A stretch of 64,000 bases of DNA from Candidatus Nitrospinota bacterium M3_3B_026. GTDB lineage: Bacteria > Nitrospinota_A > UBA7883 > JBPRGF01. The notes beneath the pieces are model-generated. The model saw nothing but the letters and a program-made list of their open reading frames with translations. It made no database searches and was not told where the DNA came from. The DNA lies in contig JBPRGF010000002.1 in the NCBI GenBank assembly GCA_051418015.1, positions 11,158 through 75,157 on the forward strand. Reading direction: 5' to 3'. This document shows positions 59,873-64,000 of the stretch, in pieces. Position 1 is the stretch's first letter; each line of letters opens with the position of its first letter. Position numbers and translations under genes: made by a program.

Positions 59873-61312
59873 ATGAACATGATCGCCCGTCTCCGGGAAC
59901 TCATCCGAAGGACGCACTCCGTCCGCGTCATCGGCCCGGCCATTATCGTGGTCAAACGGATAATCGGACGGACCATAGCCGCGCTCCGCCAGCCCCATAT
60001 CGCCCACCTGCGGGAGTTCATTCGAAAGACGCACTCCGCCCCCGTCATCGGCTCGGCCATTGTCGGGGTCAAGCGCATGATCGGACGGACCATATTCGCG
60101 CTCCGCCAACTCCACCCGAAAAGGATGATCGCAAGGTTCATTGACGGGTTCATCCGGATAATCAACCAGATCTACCTGCTGGGATACAAGGGGTTCGAAC
60201 GCGCGGCCTTCTGGAAGCTTGCGCCGCGGCGTCCCCAGCCGGACGGCGCGGCTCCGGGGAAGGGGATCCGCTCGGTGTTGCAGGTCTCGCTCATCTCGCA
60301 CCAACCATACATGCTATCGCGCCTGCTCCGGCGCCAGGGAATCAAGGCGGAATACCTGGCGCTGAACGCCGATCTTTGCGGCAGGCTCAACATCGGCTAC
60401 GATTACTCGATCCCCTCGACCCTGCATCCGCTCTGGCGCAGGGTGATGAACTCCTGGTACCTGTGGCGGGTGATGGTCAAATACGACGTGATCCACTACC
60501 ACTTCAACGCATGGCTGACGCCCGACGGGCACGACCTCGCCATCCTCAAGGGACTGGGCAAGGTGCTGGTGTTCCATTTCCGTGGCTGCGATGTCCGCCG
60601 GAAAAGCGTCAACATGGCCCTGAACCCGGACCTGAACTGCTGCCAGGAATGCGATTACCCGGAAGGCTCGTGCGACACCGAGTGGCAGATGGACAGAATC
60701 AACACCGCTTTCCGGTACGCCGACTGTGTACTGGTGACCACGCCCGACCTTCTCGATTTCGCCCCGTCGGCCACGCACATCCCCTTCACCATCCCATACG
60801 GGATAGACATCGACAGCATCACCCCGGCGCCGAGAGCGGAGGGGGTCTTCCGGGTGGTCACAAGCTCGAACCATCACGGCGTCGATGGCACTCCACACGT
60901 CCGGGACGCCGTGTCGCGCCTGCGCGAAGAGGGAAAGAGCATTGAGCTGGTGGAAGTCCACGACATGAACTACATGGATGCCCTGGCGGTTTATAAGAGC
61001 GCCGATTTGTACGCGGGAAAGCTCATGATGGGCTATTACAACAACGCGAACATCGAGACGATGCTGATGGGTGTCCCGAACATGTCCTATATCAGGGAAA
61101 AGTATCTGCGGGATATCCCCGATTGCCCGATCATCATCGCCCGCCCGGAGACGGTTTACGATCAACTCAGGAACTGGATCGACAGGCCCGAAGAGCTCAG
61201 GAAACTCGGGAAGAGAAGCCGGGAGTTCGTACTGCGGGAACACGATCCCGGTCGGGTGGCGCGAATGATTATAGACAAATACAACGAAGCGCTGGCCACA
61301 CGCCTCAAATAG
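59873..61312 (+). CDS. GT4-like glycosyltransferase with duplicated 39-aa N-terminal leader
   Basis: YDVIHYHF, HFRGCDVR, VTTPDL, DGT, YKSADL, ETMLMGVP; paralogue of 40246-41352. Confidence 0.8.
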   Translation: MNMIARLRELIRRTHSVRVIGPAIIVVKRIIGRTIAALRQPHIAHLREFIRKTHSAPVIGSAIVGVKRMIGRTIFALRQLHPKRMIARFIDGFIRIINQIYLLGYKGFERAAFWKLAPRRPQPDGAAPGKGIRSVLQVSLISHQPYMLSRLLRRQGIKAEYLALNADLCGRLNIGYDYSIPSTLHPLWRRVMNSWYLWRVMVKYDVIHYHFNAWLTPDGHDLAILKGLGKVLVFHFRGCDVRRKSVNMALNPDLNCCQECDYPEGSCDTEWQMDRINTAFRYADCVLVTTPDLLDFAPSATHIPFTIPYGIDIDSITPAPRAEGVFRVVTSSNHHGVDGTPHVRDAVSRLREEGKSIELVEVHDMNYMDALAVYKSADLYAGKLMMGYYNNANIETMLMGVPNMSYIREKYLRDIPDCPIIIARPETVYDQLRNWIDRPEELRKLGKRSREFVLREHDPGRVARMIIDKYNEALATRLK

Positions 61313-61390
61313 CCGCCTCGCTGTCCACGGCCGTTTCCCACGCCGCGGACGCGCCAACGCCCTCCCGGGGCGTGACCGGCAGGCGCAGGC

Positions 61391-61620
61391 TGAGCTATCC
61401 TGAGTTTAGTGGACACTCCCGAACCTCTCACGTAGCTCCCGTATGGAACGGCGTTTCTCCGAAACACCGTGAATTCCACTGCTTTTTGTAAAGCTCGTTC
61501 TCCATCGTAAGCTTGCCCACCATCTGCTCAAGCTCGGCGATACGGCGGCTCTGCTCACGATACTCAGACCCAGCCTTGTCTGTTGGACACCCATCGGCGC
61601 AAGCCTTTTCCCACCCCTGA
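61391..61620 (-). mobile_element. IS3-family remnant
   Basis: TGAGCTATCCTGAGTTTAGTGGACAC terminal-IR-like sequence; minus-strand orfA tail RRIAELEQMVGKLTMENELYKK. Confidence 0.65.
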
Positions 61621-61647
61621 ATCACGCTAGGGGCTTCATTCCAATCT

Positions 61648-63627
61648 TTAAACAGTAGCAGCCGTGAACGTGTAGTCGTTGTAGTACCAGACGCCGCCGA
61701 TCCTCGTCCAGAGGCGGACGTATACAGTGCTCCCGTCCACCGGCAGCCCGGTAACGGTGTCGGATGTCGGCAGCCCCGGCATGTAGTGGTCGTATATGTC
61801 ATACGCCCCCTGGCTCGTCCCGACGTAGATGGAGTAGGCGTCCGCCCCCGCCACGCTGTTCCAGGTGAAGGTCACGCTGCTTCCCGTCAGCGTGTCTCCG
61901 CCGGCGTGGCTCGTCAGGGCCGCCGCGCCCGCGGTGTACGCGGTGAACGTGTAGTCGTTGTAGTACCAGACGCCGCCGATCCTCGTCCAGAGGCGGACGT
62001 ATACAGTGCTTCCGTCCACCGGCAGCCCGGTAACGGTGTCGGATGTCGGCAGCCCCGGCATGTAGTGGTCGTATATGTCATACGCCCCCTGGCTCGTCCC
62101 GACGTAGATGGAGTAGGCGTCCGCCCCCGCCACGCTGTTCCATGTGAATGTCACGCTGCTTCCCGTCAGCGTGTCCCCGCCGGCGTGGCTCGTCAGGGCC
62201 GCCGGAGCGAAATTCAACGCGGTGTCCAGCTGGATCCTGGGCTTGGTGACGCCATTGGTGTCCGTGACTGACACACCGGTCGATTGCAGCCGCGAGAGCA
62301 CGCCGCTGACGGAGAGGGAGGGGAACTTATGCCTCATGACAGCCCAGGCCCCCGCCACGTGAGGCGTGGCCATGGACGTGCCGCTTTTATAGGTAAACCC
62401 GCCGCCTGGCACTGAGGAATAAATATATACACCAGGAGCCAGCAGAGATAAAAACGAGGCGCTGTTGGAGAAGCCCGCCACCGTATCGTAGTTGTACCCC
62501 GTGGCGCCCACGGACACGGCGGTGGAAATGCAGCCGGGCGCGCTCAAGCTATCCTTATAATAATCGTTGCCTGAGGCGATCACCGTCGCGATGTCGACGG
62601 AGCGCAGGGTGTCGATCGCCGCTTTTGTCGCCGAATTGTTTGCGTCACAGGTCGTTTGATCGTAGTACCGTCCGCCACCGAGGCTCATGTTGACCGAGGC
62701 GATGTTGTAAGAGCCGCGGAGCGCGTACACCCGCTCCATGGCGCTGATCTGGTCTGAAAACCATGAGAGAATGGCCCCATCGGAGCTTCTATGGGAAAAC
62801 ACCTGGATGGCGATCACGCTGGCGTCTTTGCCGATGCCATGAAACGTTGTCCCGCCAATTACGCCATCTTTGCCAGCGGCGATACCGGCCACGTGAGTGC
62901 CGTGCTCGCAGGCGGCGCCATACGTGGCGACGTCGCAATTAACGCCCGCCCCGGAGGCTGTCGATGACGTGACGCCCCCCGGGCAGAGCGATGTGTATCC
63001 GCTGCCATCGTGCGAATAGCACGCCTCGGAGACCACTTTGCCGGACAAAAAAGAATGTGTTTTGGCCACTCCTGTGTCGAGGATCGCCACTGTCTGGCCC
63101 GCCCCGGTGTAACCGGCCGCCCATGCGTTGTCGGCCCCGATATGGGGTCCGGAATCATACAAGCTCGGCGCGGCCTGGATCGGCTCGGCCAGGTAATCCT
63201 CTTCGACTGCGGCGACATGGGGGTTGTTGACAAGACCGTTTAACGCGTGTTCGTCCACCACCATCGCCATGTGGGGAATGAATTGAAATCTCTTGACGGC
63301 GGAGATGTTCTGGCCCGCCATGGAGTTCAGCAGGGCGTCCTGTTTTTGTTGTATGGCCGCCTGCTGGTCCGCCGCCTGGGAAGCGGGTATTTCACCCTCG
63401 GGGCGGAAGCCCATATCGAGCCGAACGATGACCCGCGCGGAGCCGGTCTGCCTGGCCGCCGCGAAAAGGCGGGAGTAATCCTGGGCGGCGGTTCGCTTTT
63501 TTGCCGCGGCGGTGGATAAGGCGGAAGATTCAGGCTCGCCGGATGGAGCAGGGCCGCAACTCCATGCGATAATCAGCAGGGCGCAAACGGCCAGAAGAGT
63601 TCTGGCCCGGTTTTCGCCAAGACTCAC
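61648..63627 (-). CDS. S8 subtilisin-like serine protease lipoprotein with inhibitor-I9-like prodomain and two C-terminal Ig/FN3-like repeats
   Basis: Lipobox AWSC; catalytic AILDTG, HGTHVAG and SGTSMATPHVAG; ASGN oxyanion motif. Confidence 0.92.
   Translation of the reverse strand: MSLGENRARTLLAVCALLIIAWSCGPAPSGEPESSALSTAAAKKRTAAQDYSRLFAAARQTGSARVIVRLDMGFRPEGEIPASQAADQQAAIQQKQDALLNSMAGQNISAVKRFQFIPHMAMVVDEHALNGLVNNPHVAAVEEDYLAEPIQAAPSLYDSGPHIGADNAWAAGYTGAGQTVAILDTGVAKTHSFLSGKVVSEACYSHDGSGYTSLCPGGVTSSTASGAGVNCDVATYGAACEHGTHVAGIAAGKDGVIGGTTFHGIGKDASVIAIQVFSHRSSDGAILSWFSDQISAMERVYALRGSYNIASVNMSLGGGRYYDQTTCDANNSATKAAIDTLRSVDIATVIASGNDYYKDSLSAPGCISTAVSVGATGYNYDTVAGFSNSASFLSLLAPGVYIYSSVPGGGFTYKSGTSMATPHVAGAWAVMRHKFPSLSVSGVLSRLQSTGVSVTDTNGVTKPRIQLDTALNFAPAALTSHAGGDTLTGSSVTFTWNSVAGADAYSIYVGTSQGAYDIYDHYMPGLPTSDTVTGLPVDGSTVYVRLWTRIGGVWYYNDYTFTAYTAGAAALTSHAGGDTLTGSSVTFTWNSVAGADAYSIYVGTSQGAYDIYDHYMPGLPTSDTVTGLPVDGSTVYVRLWTRIGGVWYYNDYTFTAATV
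61664..62204. repeat. near-identical tandem duplication (279-bp period) in the protease 3' end
   Basis: 61664-61925 matches 61943-62204 apart from a few silent substitutions. Confidence 0.92.
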
Positions 63628-63859
63628 AACTCTTCTCCCACCTCGACAGACTTATTTCACAGAACCCGATATGTTATTTTCTCATACACAATTAACGAGT
63701 AACAAGTTTTTCTGGATACGCCGAGTATCGCGCCGCGGAGGGACATGGCCGGACGGAGGTGCGTCTCTTTCCCATCGCCGCTGGTGTGTTTTTTGTCTTG
63801 AATAGTTTGCGGTTATACATAACAATACGCAATTAATCTGACTGTCGGAAGGCTTTTTT

Positions 63860-64000
63860 ATGAGCGAAAAAATCATTGTTTTCGGCGGCGACGGCTTTTG
63901 CGGCTGGCCCACGAGCCTGTGGCTGTCGCAAGCGGGCTACGATGTGACCATAGTGGACAATCTTTCGCGAAGGAAAATCGACATCGAGCTCGAGTGCGAG
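63860..64000 (+). CDS. sqdB: UDP-sulfoquinovose synthase, 5' part (runs off window end)
   Basis: MSEKIIVFGGDGFCGWPTSLWLS..GYDVTIVDNLSRRKIDIELE matches the SqdB N-terminus. Confidence 0.82.
   Translation, partial: MSEKIIVFGGDGFCGWPTSLWLSQAGYDVTIVDNLSRRKIDIELECE

Noticed and set aside
61664..62204. Near-identical repeat pair as a DGR template/variable repeat
   Set aside because: Both copies are in frame in one CDS, the differences are silent and not adenine-specific, and there is no reverse transcriptase in the window.

Overview
GC-rich bacterial chromosomal window, with gene content and style suggesting a Nitrospinota or deltaproteobacterial-type organism (inference). It has three parts. (1) 1-29.8 kb is mostly housekeeping and accessory genes: sdhAB/frdAB, ettA, ilvE, AMMECR1, feoAB under a Fur-type box, a PleD-like diguanylate cyclase, trpB2, an internalin-like LRR lipoprotein, a ZIP transporter, a ferritin-like protein, a split B12-dependent methionine synthase, a sigma54-type pilA next to a TMTC-like glycosyltransferase, a P460/c'-beta-like cytochrome, a PilZ protein and fbp. 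(2) A ~4.7 kb integrative element sits in tRNA-Ala(CGC), bounded by a degenerate direct repeat of the tRNA 3' half (29876-29929 and 34569-34622). It carries an integrase, an excisionase-like HTH, a second and divergent tyrosine recombinase preceded by a ~720-nt promoter-driven non-coding region packed with stem-loops (the most intriguing signal here), a DUF1640 protein, a long hairpin, and hicB with a decayed hicA. (3) A ~26 kb ABC-transporter-dependent surface polysaccharide locus encodes diacetamido-uronic-acid sugar enzymes, two AsnB amidotransferases, sulfotransferases, methyltransferases and deacetylase-like proteins. It is flanked by IS3 remnants and followed by a lipoprotein subtilase with a recent internal duplication and the start of sqdB. 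All calls come from reading motifs by eye; no database searches were run.
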